Part shown: positions 47,801 to 56,860 of the stretch, piece by piece | Numbering within the stretch: the first letter of the stretch is position 1 | Layout of the letters: each line of letters begins with the position of its first letter | NCBI GenBank assembly: GCA_039045975.1 | Contig: JBCCJA010000005.1 | Span: 15,009-79,008, forward strand | Length of the DNA stretch: 64,000 bases | Source: Planctomycetota bacterium | GTDB taxonomy: Bacteria; Planctomycetota; Planctomycetia; Planctomycetales; Planctomycetaceae | Direction: 5' to 3' | Made by a program: the position numbers and the translations under genes | Notes under the pieces: generated by a model | What the model was told of the DNA's origin: nothing | Seen by the model: only the letters and a program-made list of their open reading frames with translations | Databases searched by the model: none

Positions 47801-49358
47801 CACCGCCGAGGGACATGCCGTCCTCGGACGGCCCGACCGCGCCGTCGAACTCGTCCTCAACACCGAACCGGACGGGCCCGATGACGTCACGCACGCCCTG
47901 CGGGTCTTGCGGGCCGCCGGGCGTACCGACGTCGTCGAGACATACCTGGTGAGACGGCTCAACGACGCCGTTCGACCGGCAATGCGGCGGAAGCTCCGAC
48001 GCGAACTCGCGCTCAAAATCACGGAAGACGGAGACCCGACACGCGTCGTCCGCGCCCAGGGGCTGATCGAGGAGAACCAGATACCCGACGCCGACGGCGG
48101 CGTCCCACGCGAAGACATCCGCGCGAAGGCGATCGTCCTCGCCGGGTCGCCGGAAACCGGGGCCGAGGCCCTCCGGCTGATGAAACAGCTCATCGCGGAC
48201 GGCTACGACCCGTCGGCGTCCGACCGGACGCTGATCGCGAGACTCGAACTCAAATACGGCGAGCGCGTAGAGGGCATCGACAAGACCCGCGGCCTGTTCG
48301 CCGCGGGCGTCCGGATCGATCCCGACGACGCGTTGGCCTACACCCGCGGGCTCGTCGACGGCGGCGAAATCGACGAGGCCCGACTCTGGATCGACCGCCT
48401 GTGGGAGGGCCCGGTCTCCGCGTCAAAACTCGCGAGGCTAGCCGCCGAGATCGAGTTCTACCTCGGCCGCCACGCGCCGCTGTGCACCGAGTTGGACACC
48501 GGCCTCGGCACCATCGGTGAGCGACTCGAGCCCGACGCCCGTCTCGCCCTCTTGGCACGCTTCTCGGAAGCCTTAGAGCGGGACGACCGCAAAGAGATCG
48601 CCGGGTTTTACAAACAGGCCGGGCTGCGGGTCGGGGCGCGCCTGTGGACACGAGGCGGTGAATTCACGCCCGCGCAGGCCGAGATGCTGATCCGTGCCGG
48701 GCGACCGACCGACGCCATCGACCAACTCGAACAGTCCGCCGAGAAGGTCGCGCCGACCGCCCTGCTGATCATCGTCGAGCGGATCCTGAACGCCCCCGGC
48801 GTTAGCGAAGACGAGTTCGATCGGCTCGACCGGCTCATCGGCCGACTCGCCGAGAACCTCCCGCAAGGCGTGCAGGTCCCGCAGCTGTTCATCGCACGCG
48901 CGCAGATCGCCGACCGGGCCGGCCGTTTCGACCGTGCGATCGAGTTTTACGAGGAGGCCGCCGTCCTCGACCCGGAGAACCCGGTCGTCGCCAACAACAG
49001 CGCCGTTCTCCTGGCCCTGTCGGGACGAAACCCCGGCCTCGCCAGCGTGCGGGCCGATAAAGCGATCTCGCTCGCCGGCCCGATCCCGGCCCTCCTCGAC
49101 ACGAAGGGCGTCGCGCTCATCGCCGCCGGGCGGCCGAAGGACGCGTTCCCCTACCTGCAACAGGTCGTCTCGACCGGCCAACTCCCGATCGGGGCCTTCC
49201 ACCTCGCCTGGGCGTTGACCGACCTCAACGCGACGTCCGAGGCCCGGAAAGTCTTTGTCAAAGCGATCGAGGACGGCCTGACCGTCGACGACGCCCACAT
49301 GCTCGAGCGGGACAAGTTCGAAGAGCTCCGGAGCCTGCTCATCGAGGAGGAGCTGTAG
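44892..49358 (+). CDS. Giant TPR-repeat protein (1488 aa) with an N-terminal TM anchor
   Basis: FLGILVVTFAVLAGGVYA is followed by dozens of TPR-like helix pairs (DAEDAIATYRQYLGL..., RFDRAIEFYEEAAVLDPENPVVANNSAVLLA...). Its position after exosortase, Wzc and EpsI parallels PrsT-type TPR proteins of PEP-CTERM loci. Confidence 0.8.
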   Translation: MAASSHTPATEFLEMPKVNGRFLGILVVTFAVLAGGVYATHTYQVGRQTRLLREQAVAAAERDDAEDAIATYRQYLGLAKDDHVTREEFGDYMRRIGQIREAYRLYDRAAAARGDDLELAKKLTEVALDLQRFDDALRVSQTTLLAAEPADPESLTLAARAHLGLREFDEAAEKLRQAVESGRADVTASTIYARLTAARDADIPAGLTTLDRLVESSPDDAEALIARGRYSLDVARGRIATFLGNDDTANEDDSAETVVDGSEDAGPVTERDEPIPVDRRQALAAATADAFRAISLAPENTDAIRLGIETTFLSGDYAKLLELTTRAIEAFPEDVMFYESRAEALLRTGKTEEAIATLRSGIEATSSTWRLRWTLTTLLIDAGRFDDAEQELPELEQAEPPDALLGYARGRIAASRGEWQRAIDLLQGCRDGLIRNRRYAELADYQLAICFRELGDDDRRIASLRRVLTNNPLAVSARKELAIAFVDVGRADLASDELTLALALGGNDARSLLTLAAFEIVDNLRQDEDARRWERVDQILTQLDRLVREGIRAATEEGPDAAGAVPDVTAARRLLADATVLRAEAVSARGQIEEALTLLATATDEWPESEELAILRALFESRAGNHGTAETLLTDIEANFEGSVRLRHARAVCLTERAEQDRGTFPTAEIVAFARPPAEGNETTAAESAAVFYRILSRAGAAEAAVDAARRVADARPTDLTPRMFLLDRAAEANDAETLHALAEEIREINGDGGEYEYAAALADVVTARQTAASGRLPAEVMSDAQDRLGRAALKRPHWHAIPSLSARLHQEAGDAEAALGRFAEAFELGERDPEVVAELLVMLEDRGRYAEADAVVRRLRSDRVPVSDALKRVAIERSPQRSDYDRAGRLTGLGAVDTDDVGDLLWLGHVHAILGDTVAADEAFAEALTRAPGDRRTRIGRLRFLAAAGRTEEAEAALEAWAAPGDEIFTAEGHAVLGRPDRAVELVLNTEPDGPDDVTHALRVLRAAGRTDVVETYLVRRLNDAVRPAMRRKLRRELALKITEDGDPTRVVRAQGLIEENQIPDADGGVPREDIRAKAIVLAGSPETGAEALRLMKQLIADGYDPSASDRTLIARLELKYGERVEGIDKTRGLFAAGVRIDPDDALAYTRGLVDGGEIDEARLWIDRLWEGPVSASKLARLAAEIEFYLGRHAPLCTELDTGLGTIGERLEPDARLALLARFSEALERDDRKEIAGFYKQAGLRVGARLWTRGGEFTPAQAEMLIRAGRPTDAIDQLEQSAEKVAPTALLIIVERILNAPGVSEDEFDRLDRLIGRLAENLPQGVQVPQLFIARAQIADRAGRFDRAIEFYEEAAVLDPENPVVANNSAVLLALSGRNPGLASVRADKAISLAGPIPALLDTKGVALIAAGRPKDAFPYLQQVVSTGQLPIGAFHLAWALTDLNATSEARKVFVKAIEDGLTVDDAHMLERDKFEELRSLLIEEEL

Positions 49359-49383
49359 CAGGCCGCCTTGATCGAAGCGGCCC

Positions 49384-51585
49384 TTACGCCTCGCCGTTCC
49401 GCCGACAGGCGAGGACGATCTTGATCGACTCGTAATCGACCGTGCCGTTCAGGCGGTCGAAGATCGGCCGCAGCCGGCCCGCCCCGACCTCCGCGACAGC
49501 CTCGTCGACGAGGCCGACCGTCGTCGCGTCGACCCACGTCGTCGGGTCGTCGACGCGTTCCTCCGCGATGAACGCGTCGAGGTATTTCGACACCGTCCCC
49601 GGCTTCTTGCCGACCCGCCGGCAGACCTCCTCCAGCGGCAGCCCCTCGCGGAACAGCGGGAACGCCGCGACCGCACCCGCCGACGGGCCGCGGGCGGAAC
49701 TTAGACTTTCGGCCTCCTCGGGCGAGACGACCGCTTCGGTCGGCCCGAGGTCGGTCGACAGTTCCCGTTCGGCGCAGACCTCACGAATCAATTCGCGGAA
49801 CGCGTCGCCGTGGTCGGCCAGTTTCTTCGGCCCGACGCCTTTGACGGCGATCATGCCCTCCGGCGTCGTCGGCCGCAGGCGGGAAAATTCGCGGAGCGTC
49901 ACGTCGCCGAAGACGACGTAAGGCGGCACGCCCCGTTCCTTCGCGATCCCGGCCCGCAGGTCACGCAGCTTCTCGAACAGGCCGCGGTCGACGCCCTCCC
50001 AGCTCTCGACGGCGGCGGCCGAGCGGGTCGCGGCCGTCTCTTTATCCGCCGGCTTCAGCAGCTTCGGCGTCGCCTCGCCCTTGAGCAGCATCCGCCCCGC
50101 GTCGGTGACGTGCAGCACGTTGTACTCGCCCGTCCGGCCGAGATAGCCCTGGCCGACCAACTGCTCGACCCAGCCCCGCACGACCTTTTGCGAGAACTCA
50201 TCGAGCAGCCCGTACGTCGACAGGTTGTCGTGCCCCGCGTCGAGCAGCTTCTGCTCCTTCGAACCCGTCAGCACCGACACGGCCACGCCCGCCCCGTACC
50301 GGCCCTGACCGAGCCGGGCGACGCAGCTGACGATCTTCTGCCCGAGCACGAGCGGCTCGTCGACGAGTTCGACCTCGTCGAGGCAGACGTCGCACGCGTC
50401 GCAAGAGTCCTGATCGAGCGTCTGCCCGAAGTAATTCACCAGCGCCTGATGCCGGCATGTCGCCGAGGCACAAAAGTCGGCCATCGCGTCGAGCGAGTTC
50501 TCCGCCCCCGCGGCCGCCTCCTCCGACCCCATCAGACGCTTCCACTGCGTCACGTCGCCCGGCGAATAGAGCAGCACGCACTCGGCCTCGAGCCCGTCGC
50601 GGCCGGCCCGGCCCGACTCTTGCTGATAGTGCTCGAGTGACTTCGGCATCCCGGCGTGGACGACGAACCGCACGTCAGGCTTGTCGATCCCCATCCCGAA
50701 CGCGACCGTCGCGACGATCACATCGACGTCGTCTTTTAAGAACCGTTCTTGATGGACGGCCCGTTCTTCGGCCGACATCCCGGCGTGGTAGGGCAGGGCC
50801 TTAACGCCGACCGCGGCGAGCGCCGCGGCCGTCTCGTCGACCTTCTTACGGCTGATGCAGTAGACGATGCCCGACTCGTGGGCGTGGCGATTGATCACCT
50901 CGCGGATCTGACTCAACCCGCCGCCCGCTCCGCGTCTTAAAACCCGATAACTCAAATTCGGTCGGTCGAAGTTCCCGACCAACAATTCCGGCTCGACGAG
51001 CCCCAACTGGTCGGCGATGTCGTTCCGCACGAGCTCCGTCGCCGTCGCCGTGAAGGCGTGCACGCCGACGCCGGGTAGCTTCTCCTTGAGCACGCGTAGT
51101 TGGCGGTACTCGGGCCGGAAGTCGTGGCCCCACTGGCTGACGCAGTGCGCCTCGTCGATCGCGAACAGGCTCGGCGGCTCCTTCAGGAACCGCGTCAGCA
51201 GCGACGTCCCGAGCAGCCGCTCCGGCGCGACGTACAACAACTTCAGCGTCCCGTCGTCCATCGCCCGCAGCGTCTGGTCCCGCTCGGCCGGGTCGACCGC
51301 CGAGTTCAGACACCCCGCCTCGACCCCGCCCGCCTGCAGCGTGTCGACCTGGTCCTTCATCAGCGAGATCAACGGCGAAACGACGACCGCCATCCCGTCC
51401 TTACAGACCGCCGGCACCTGATAACACAGCGACTTCCCGCCCCCGGTCGGCAAGATCGTGACCGAATCGCGGTCGGCGAGCACGTGCGACATCGCCTCCC
51501 GCTGCAGCGGCCGGAAACCGTCGTAGCCCCAGTATTTCTGCAGGGCGTCGAGCAGCGGGTCGGCGGCGGGCGGGGCGGCAGTCAT
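49384..51585 (-). CDS. recQ: ATP-dependent DNA helicase RecQ
   Basis: The internal ATG 51585 gives [63 protein letters not shown] box [19 protein letters not shown], a zinc-binding CRH...CDACDVC region, and HRDC-like and C-terminal HTH regions. Confidence 0.93.
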   Translation of the reverse strand: MTAAPPAADPLLDALQKYWGYDGFRPLQREAMSHVLADRDSVTILPTGGGKSLCYQVPAVCKDGMAVVVSPLISLMKDQVDTLQAGGVEAGCLNSAVDPAERDQTLRAMDDGTLKLLYVAPERLLGTSLLTRFLKEPPSLFAIDEAHCVSQWGHDFRPEYRQLRVLKEKLPGVGVHAFTATATELVRNDIADQLGLVEPELLVGNFDRPNLSYRVLRRGAGGGLSQIREVINRHAHESGIVYCISRKKVDETAAALAAVGVKALPYHAGMSAEERAVHQERFLKDDVDVIVATVAFGMGIDKPDVRFVVHAGMPKSLEHYQQESGRAGRDGLEAECVLLYSPGDVTQWKRLMGSEEAAAGAENSLDAMADFCASATCRHQALVNYFGQTLDQDSCDACDVCLDEVELVDEPLVLGQKIVSCVARLGQGRYGAGVAVSVLTGSKEQKLLDAGHDNLSTYGLLDEFSQKVVRGWVEQLVGQGYLGRTGEYNVLHVTDAGRMLLKGEATPKLLKPADKETAATRSAAAVESWEGVDRGLFEKLRDLRAGIAKERGVPPYVVFGDVTLREFSRLRPTTPEGMIAVKGVGPKKLADHGDAFRELIREVCAERELSTDLGPTEAVVSPEEAESLSSARGPSAGAVAAFPLFREGLPLEEVCRRVGKKPGTVSKYLDAFIAEERVDDPTTWVDATTVGLVDEAVAEVGAGRLRPIFDRLNGTVDYESIKIVLACRRNGEA

Positions 51586-51727
51586 AGGGGCATCCTTGGC
51601 GGACCGGAGCAGAACCGCCAGAGAGTTCCCGCACGGGGCACACCCCCTTTCCGGACGATCGCGCTGACGCCGGCCGGGCCGATGAACTACCGAACGCCGG
51701 CCCGCGTCCCGGCGAACCGCATCGGTC

Positions 51728-53215
51728 ATGAAATTCTCGTCGTTTCTGTTCGTGCTGACCGCCGCCGCCGCGGCTTCCGCTCAAAGCGAGGAACGCACTC
51801 ACCCGGTCACAAGCCGGCTCGAGCGTGCGGTCAAACGCGTCGCCACGGCCATCGACCCGCGGACTGACGACCGCACCAACGGCACGATCGGCCTCGAAGC
51901 GATCTACGGCCGGGCCGCCCGGTTCGACGACGGGAGCCGTAACCCGGTGATCGTCATCCCGGGTATCCTCGGGTCGAAGCTCGTCGACGGCGACGGCGGA
52001 CGGGTCGTGTGGGGGGCGGTCGGGTGGGACGCGGTCGACCCGCAAGACCCCGCCGGGGCCCGGCTGATCGGGCACCCGCTCGGGCCCGGCGTGCCGCTGT
52101 CGCGGCTGCGAGACCGGGTCGTCGCGGCGGCACCGCTGGAGCGGGTCGACGTGAACCTGCTCGGCGTGCCTTTCCACGTCCACGCCTACGGCATGATCCT
52201 GCAGACGCTCGGCACGGGCGGGTACCGCGACGAGAGCATCCCGACGCAGGTCGACTACGGCGACGAACACTTCAGCTGCTTCACGTTTTTCTACGACTGG
52301 CGCCGCGACAACGCGGAGACGGCCGCCGGCCTCGCCCGCTTCATTGAGAGCCGGGCCGCGTACGTCCGTCGCATCCGCCGCGCACGCTTCGGCGTCGACA
52401 CGCCGGTGCGGTTCGACGTCGTCGCCCATTCGATGGGCGGCCTCGTCGCGCGGCAGTACCTGCGGTACGGCGGCGGGCAGGCGATTCCTGGCGAGCCCGT
52501 GCCGTTCGCCGGGGCGGGGCGGATCGAACGGCTGATCCTCGTCGCGCCGCCGAACGCCGGGTCGACACTCGCGGTCGACCAACTCGTCAACGGCTACCGG
52601 GCCGCGCCCCTGTTCCCGAAATATGAGGCCGGCCTGCTCGCGACGATGCCGTCGATCTATCAGCTTCTCCCGCGGCCGCGGCACGAGGCCGTCATCGACG
52701 CCGACGGTAGATCGCTCGACCTGTACAACGTTGGAACCTGGGACCGCCTCGGCTGGGGTCTGCTCGACCCGCAGCAGACCGGCACGCTGGCGAAGCTGCT
52801 GCCGGGTCACCCGCCGGCCGACCGACGCGTCCTCGCGCGGGAGCATCTGGCGAAATGCCTCGGGGCGGCGAAGCGGTTCCACGACGGGCTCGACGTCCCC
52901 GCGTCGCCGCCCGACGGCACGTCGATCCATCTGATCGTCGGTGACAACATCCCGACCGTCGGGAAGCTCGCCGTCGACCGGCGGACCGGACGGCCGGGGC
53001 CGGTCCGCATGGACCCGGGCGACAACACCGTCACGCGGCCGAGTGCCCTGCTCGACGAGAGGGCCGACCCGTCGGTGCCGTGGCGGCCGACGTACGTCAG
53101 CCCGGTCCGCTTCGACGGCGTGACGTTCCTTGCGGGCGACCACCTCGGCATCACGTCGTCGCCGGCCTTCTCGAACAACGTCCTGCACCTGCTGCTGGAA
53201 CGGCCGCGGGACTGA
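51728..53215 (+). CDS. Secreted alpha/beta-hydrolase, LCAT/PGAP1-like lipase/acyltransferase
   Basis: Signal peptide [30 protein letters not shown] and the nucleophile elbow [15 protein letters not shown]. Confidence 0.7.
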   Translation: MKFSSFLFVLTAAAAASAQSEERTHPVTSRLERAVKRVATAIDPRTDDRTNGTIGLEAIYGRAARFDDGSRNPVIVIPGILGSKLVDGDGGRVVWGAVGWDAVDPQDPAGARLIGHPLGPGVPLSRLRDRVVAAAPLERVDVNLLGVPFHVHAYGMILQTLGTGGYRDESIPTQVDYGDEHFSCFTFFYDWRRDNAETAAGLARFIESRAAYVRRIRRARFGVDTPVRFDVVAHSMGGLVARQYLRYGGGQAIPGEPVPFAGAGRIERLILVAPPNAGSTLAVDQLVNGYRAAPLFPKYEAGLLATMPSIYQLLPRPRHEAVIDADGRSLDLYNVGTWDRLGWGLLDPQQTGTLAKLLPGHPPADRRVLAREHLAKCLGAAKRFHDGLDVPASPPDGTSIHLIVGDNIPTVGKLAVDRRTGRPGPVRMDPGDNTVTRPSALLDERADPSVPWRPTYVSPVRFDGVTFLAGDHLGITSSPAFSNNVLHLLLERPRD

Positions 53216-53236
53216 TTCGTCCGAGCTCGACACCCG

Positions 53237-53285
53237 TCCTTCTCTCCGCGGGGAGAAGGTGGCCCGTGAGGGCCGGATGAGGGGG
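53237..53285. repeat. REP-like hairpin element, copy C (type 1)
   Basis: CCTTCTCTCC-GC-GGGGAGAAGG (53238-53259, one G-T pair) followed by ...GGCCGGATGAGGGGG. Same architecture as copy A. Confidence 0.7.
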
Positions 53286-53380
53286 CTCTCGGCCGCACCA
53301 CGAGCGACCGCGGTGGTCACGATCACGCGAGAAACAGCCGCAAAAAGTCATCCCGGCTGTCGCTCCGGACGCCGCCACGG

Positions 53381-53423
53381 CCCCCTCACCCCGGCCCTCT
53401 CCACCGACGCGGGGGAGAGGGGG
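53381..53423. repeat. REP-like hairpin element, copy D (type 2, inverted)
   Basis: CCCCCTCACCCCGGCCCTCTCC-(loop)-GGAGAGGGGG. This is the reverse complement of copy B except in the loop. Confidence 0.7.
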
Positions 53424-53436
53424 ATCGAACAGGACG

Positions 53437-53976
53437 TCACACGATCCCTTCTCGGACCGCCTTCGCGACGGCGCCGACCCAGCCGCTCGCGCCGAGTTTC
53501 TGACAGATCGTCTCGCGATGCGTCGCGACGGCGGCGACGGAGATTTTAATCGCGGCGGCGATTTCGGCGTCGGTCTTGTCGTCGGCCGCGAGGGCCAAGA
53601 TTTTGACCTCCCGCGAGGTCAGCCGCGGGGAGGCCTCGTCCGCGTCGTCGTCGACCTCGGTCGAGAGGACGACCGCGCTGACCTGCGTCGGCGGGAAGCG
53701 GAACAGGTCGACGTGCAGCGTCGTCCCGCCGTAGGCGTTCGAGCGGTACACGACCTCTTCGCGGCGGCCACTGACCAACGCACGGGCGTACGCGGCGATC
53801 AGCTTCCGGCGGTCGTCGTCGCTGACGGCCGAGAACCCGAGCGGCTTCCCGGTCATGTACTGGTAGCGGTCGTCGGTCGCCTCGAACGGGAGGATGTGGG
53901 CGAGCGTGCCGTCCTCGCCGATCAGCGTGATCGAATGCCGCGACAGGTCGGGCGTTCCGGACGGGCGAGCCGACAT
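53437..53976 (-). CDS. LuxR-family regulator with a ~110-aa N-terminal sensor-like domain (paralog 1 of 3)
   Basis: HTH: LTSREVKILALAADDKTDAEIAAAIKISVAAVATHRETICQKL. The N-terminal domain shares the pattern L(I/V)G(R/E)DG...H(I/V)LP...DR..L..AY..A.V.G......Y(R/K)(S/T)...GG.T....(I/L).RF.P with the two downstream genes. Confidence 0.8.
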   Translation of the reverse strand: MSARPSGTPDLSRHSITLIGEDGTLAHILPFEATDDRYQYMTGKPLGFSAVSDDDRRKLIAAYARALVSGRREEVVYRSNAYGGTTLHVDLFRFPPTQVSAVVLSTEVDDDADEASPRLTSREVKILALAADDKTDAEIAAAIKISVAAVATHRETICQKLGASGWVGAVAKAVREGIV

Positions 53977-53998
53977 CGTGTCCGTCCCTCGTTCTATC

Positions 53999-54535
53999 TC
54001 AGACCCAGCCGGCGCGGACGGCGACGGCGACGGCCGCCGGCCAGTGGCCGACGCCGAGTTTGCTGCGGACGTTCTGCTTGTGTCGCGCGACGGTGCCCTT
54101 CGCGATGTCGAGCTGTTCCGCGATCTCGGCGTCGGCGGCGTCGGCGGCGGAGAGCCGCAGGACGCGGAGTTCCTGCTCCGTCAGCGGGCAGCGGTCGCGC
54201 TGTTTCAGTTCGGTCACAAGCGTCATCGCCGCGATCTCGGCGGGCGGGAACCGCAGGATCTCGATCCACAACGTCCCGCCGCCGCCCGCCTTGGTTTTGT
54301 AATGGCAGCCGGTCCGCCCGCCGGTGACGAGCGCGTCGCCGTAGGCGATCATCAGGCGGTCACGGTCGGCGTCGGTGGCGGCCATTTCGCCGAGCGAGAT
54401 CCCGACGGCCTCGTCGGCCCGGTGGTCGGCGGGGTCGACGGGGAAGATCGCGGCCGTCTTGCCGTCACGGCCGACGAGCCCGACCCAGTCGACGGTCGGC
54501 CCGCCCGCTTCGCGTCGCTGCGGTTCGGTCGACAT
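53999..54535 (-). CDS. LuxR-family regulator with N-terminal sensor-like domain (paralog 2 of 3)
   Basis: The internal ATG 54535 (residue 178 of the 355-aa track ORF) gives a 178-aa protein. HTH: LTEQELRVLRLSAADAADAEIAEQLDIAKGTVARHKQNVRSKL. The upstream part of the ORF is an R-rich shadow overlapping paralog 3. Confidence 0.8.
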   Translation of the reverse strand: MSTEPQRREAGGPTVDWVGLVGRDGKTAAIFPVDPADHRADEAVGISLGEMAATDADRDRLMIAYGDALVTGGRTGCHYKTKAGGGGTLWIEILRFPPAEIAAMTLVTELKQRDRCPLTEQELRVLRLSAADAADAEIAEQLDIAKGTVARHKQNVRSKLGVGHWPAAVAVAVRAGWV

Positions 54536-54549
54536 GACGCAGCCGCCTT

Positions 54550-55107
54550 TCACAGCAGGCCGGCGCGGTCGGCCCGGACGACGGCCGCGGCCCACTCGCG
54601 GACGCCGAGTTTGGCCCGGATGTTCTGCTTGTGCCGTGACACGGTCGGCTTCGCGATCCCGAGTCGGGTCGCGATCTCCTCGTCGGTCGCGTCTTCGGCG
54701 GCGAGCCGGAGGACGTCGAGCTCGCGGGACGACAGCGAGTCTTCGCCGGCCGGGATCTCGGCCGTCAGCACCAGCGCCGCGACGTCCGACGGCGTGAAGC
54801 GGTGAATGTGGAACAGGAACGTCCGCCCGCCGCCGGCCGACGAACGGTACCGGCAAGAGACCCGCTCGCCGGTCACCTGCGCCTCGCCGTAGGCCCGCAG
54901 CAGCCGGTCGCGGTCTTCCGGCGACGCCGCCGTCGAGCCGAGCTCGATGCCGACGTACTGCTTGTACCGCTCGTCGCGTTCGTCGTACGGCAAGACGTGC
55001 GAAAAAGCGCCGTCGCGGCCGACGAGCGCGATCGCCCGGGTCGGCAGCGGGAGGCCGCCGGAACACTCGCGTGCGGACGGGGCGGCGGTCGGTTCGGACG
55101 CGTGCAT
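54550..55107 (-). CDS. LuxR-family regulator with N-terminal sensor-like domain (paralog 3 of 3)
   Basis: LSSRELDVLRLAAEDATDEEIATRLGIAKPTVSRHKQNIRAKL. The N-terminal domain aligns with paralogs 1 and 2 (ALVGRDGAFSHVLPY...DRDRLLRAYGEAQVTG...CRYRSSAGGGRTFLFHIHRFTP). Confidence 0.8.
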   Translation of the reverse strand: MHASEPTAAPSARECSGGLPLPTRAIALVGRDGAFSHVLPYDERDERYKQYVGIELGSTAASPEDRDRLLRAYGEAQVTGERVSCRYRSSAGGGRTFLFHIHRFTPSDVAALVLTAEIPAGEDSLSSRELDVLRLAAEDATDEEIATRLGIAKPTVSRHKQNIRAKLGVREWAAAVVRADRAGLL

Positions 55108-55500
55108 GTCACATCGTGGCCCATGGTGACCGGGCGACGACCTCCCGTTCGCCGGGATCCGTCGCGTCCCGGGTCACGCTACAGCCGTCCGTGTGGCGGT
55201 TGCCACAAAAATCCAACAGCAAGTCGCCTTACGTAAAACCGAGAGTCGGCGCCCCCATCGGGCCTAAGCGAACGCAGTCGCATCCGCACACCGGCGTACG
55301 AAATCAGCCGAACGCACGGACAGCTCCGCAGCCGTCCGGATTGATTCACCGATCATTTCCAAGTGAAAAATCCCACAAATATGTGAAAACTCTTGCACTG
55401 ACGTGGGCGATCGCGGGGGCCACAGTTACGCATCATTGATGATTCGATGGCCGCGGCCGCAACCCGATGACGTTTTTTCTTCGCCTGACGTGTGTGTCCG

Positions 55501-56235
55501 ATGATGTTTTCCGAACTCGCTCATAAATCGACGGCCGTTGCCGCATCCCCGACGGTCGTGCTCGCGCAGCCGAATTTGACTTGCGCCAGCTATCTGTCCG
55601 GGGCACTCACCCAGCGGGGCGTCCGTTTCGCCGGGTCTTGGCCCGACACCGCCACCGCCTTCGACGCGGCCCGCGACAAAGAGGCGATCGTCCTGGCCGA
55701 CGTCGTGACGGCCGACGGGCGACTCGCCGACCTGCTCGAGGCCGACGACCGCCCGCGACCGCGGATCGTCGTTTACGCCGCGAAGCTGCCCTACAGCGTG
55801 CTCGACAAGCTCGCCCCGCACGCGTCGGGGTTCGTTCTGCACCACGAACCGCTCGACGAATTGGTCTCGGTGCTGCAAAGGGTCGCGGCCGGGCGCCGCC
55901 AAGACTCGGTCGCCGCGTCGGCATTGATCGAACGCCCCACCGGAGAGCACGCACGGCCGGTCATTCCGCCAGAGGTCGCCCGGCTGAGCAAGGTCCAGAT
56001 CGAGATCCTGATGCTCCTCGCGACCGGGGCCGCGGTGAAAAAAGTCGCGCAGCTCACGTCCCGCTCGCCGAAGTCGATCGACGGTCACAAGTACCGGATC
56101 ATGCGGACCCTCGGCCTGAACGACCGCGTCGAGTTGGCCCACTTCGCGATCGCCGTCGGCCTGATCGAACCGCGGTATGACCTCGTCCAGGCCAACGCCA
56201 GGACGGCAGCCTCGGAAGAGACGACGATCACCTGA
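55501..56235 (+). CDS. LuxR-HTH regulator with a degenerate (pseudo-)receiver domain
   Basis: HTH: LSKVQIEILMLLATGAAVKKVAQLTSRSPKSIDGHKYRIMRTL. The receiver-like N-terminus lacks the acidic pair (AQPN instead of DD), the Thr/Ser (VVYAA) and the Lys (VLHHEP). Confidence 0.75.
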   Translation: MMFSELAHKSTAVAASPTVVLAQPNLTCASYLSGALTQRGVRFAGSWPDTATAFDAARDKEAIVLADVVTADGRLADLLEADDRPRPRIVVYAAKLPYSVLDKLAPHASGFVLHHEPLDELVSVLQRVAAGRRQDSVAASALIERPTGEHARPVIPPEVARLSKVQIEILMLLATGAAVKKVAQLTSRSPKSIDGHKYRIMRTLGLNDRVELAHFAIAVGLIEPRYDLVQANARTAASEETTIT

Positions 56236-56422
56236 AACCGTCGGCACCCGCCATTGCCGGCGGCGGCTGACGTCATCGGCGGCAGAGAATCGGACGGAAA
56301 TCGGCCCCGATCGCCTCAAACCGTTTCGGCAGGGTCGCGGACGCCCATAATCGGTCAGAGTAAACCGGCGGGGCGACGGTGTACGCCCGGCGGAAGCAGG
56401 CGCGAAAATCGGGCGGACAGCG

Positions 56423-56800
56423 ATGGTCGAAATTGCCGATGCGGCCGCGACGGTCATCGAGCCCGACGTGGTCACGCCCGAGTCGGGTGAGACCGGCCGG
56501 GTCCGACGCCGACGCCGGAAGAAAGACCCCAAAGCCGCGGCGATCGAGCACAGGGTTTCGATCGTCGTCACCGCGATCCGCGCCCCGTTCGGCGTGCTCG
56601 CGACGTTGGTCCTTATCGTCTGCTTCGTGCCGGAAACGCTCTACCTGGGCCTCTACGTCGGCGCGAAGTTCTCATTCTTGCTGCTCGTCGCCGAGCGCGG
56701 CCGGATCGCCCGCGCGTGGCGCCGGGACCGACTGATCCGCGCCTACCCGGCCACCGTGAAGGCGATCGAGGCCGTCTGGCAGTGGGTCGCGAAACGGTAA
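56423..56800 (+). CDS. Small hypothetical membrane protein
   Basis: High GC3. Two hydrophobic helices (FGVLATLVLIVCFV, LYLGLYVGAKFSFLLLV). No recognisable domain. Confidence 0.5.
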   Translation: MVEIADAAATVIEPDVVTPESGETGRVRRRRRKKDPKAAAIEHRVSIVVTAIRAPFGVLATLVLIVCFVPETLYLGLYVGAKFSFLLLVAERGRIARAWRRDRLIRAYPATVKAIEAVWQWVAKR

Positions 56801-56860
56801 GGGTCAGACGCGGACTGCGGGGCAGCGGTCAGACGCGAACGTCTTGCACGGCTTTCGCCG

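Noticed and set aside
54536-55066. The N-terminal 177 residues of the 355-aa track ORF 53999..55066, which would make the middle LuxR gene twice as long.
   Set aside because: That part is R/G/P shadow sequence overlapping paralog 3 in another frame. The internal ATG at 54535 gives a 178-aa protein collinear with the two flanking paralogs.
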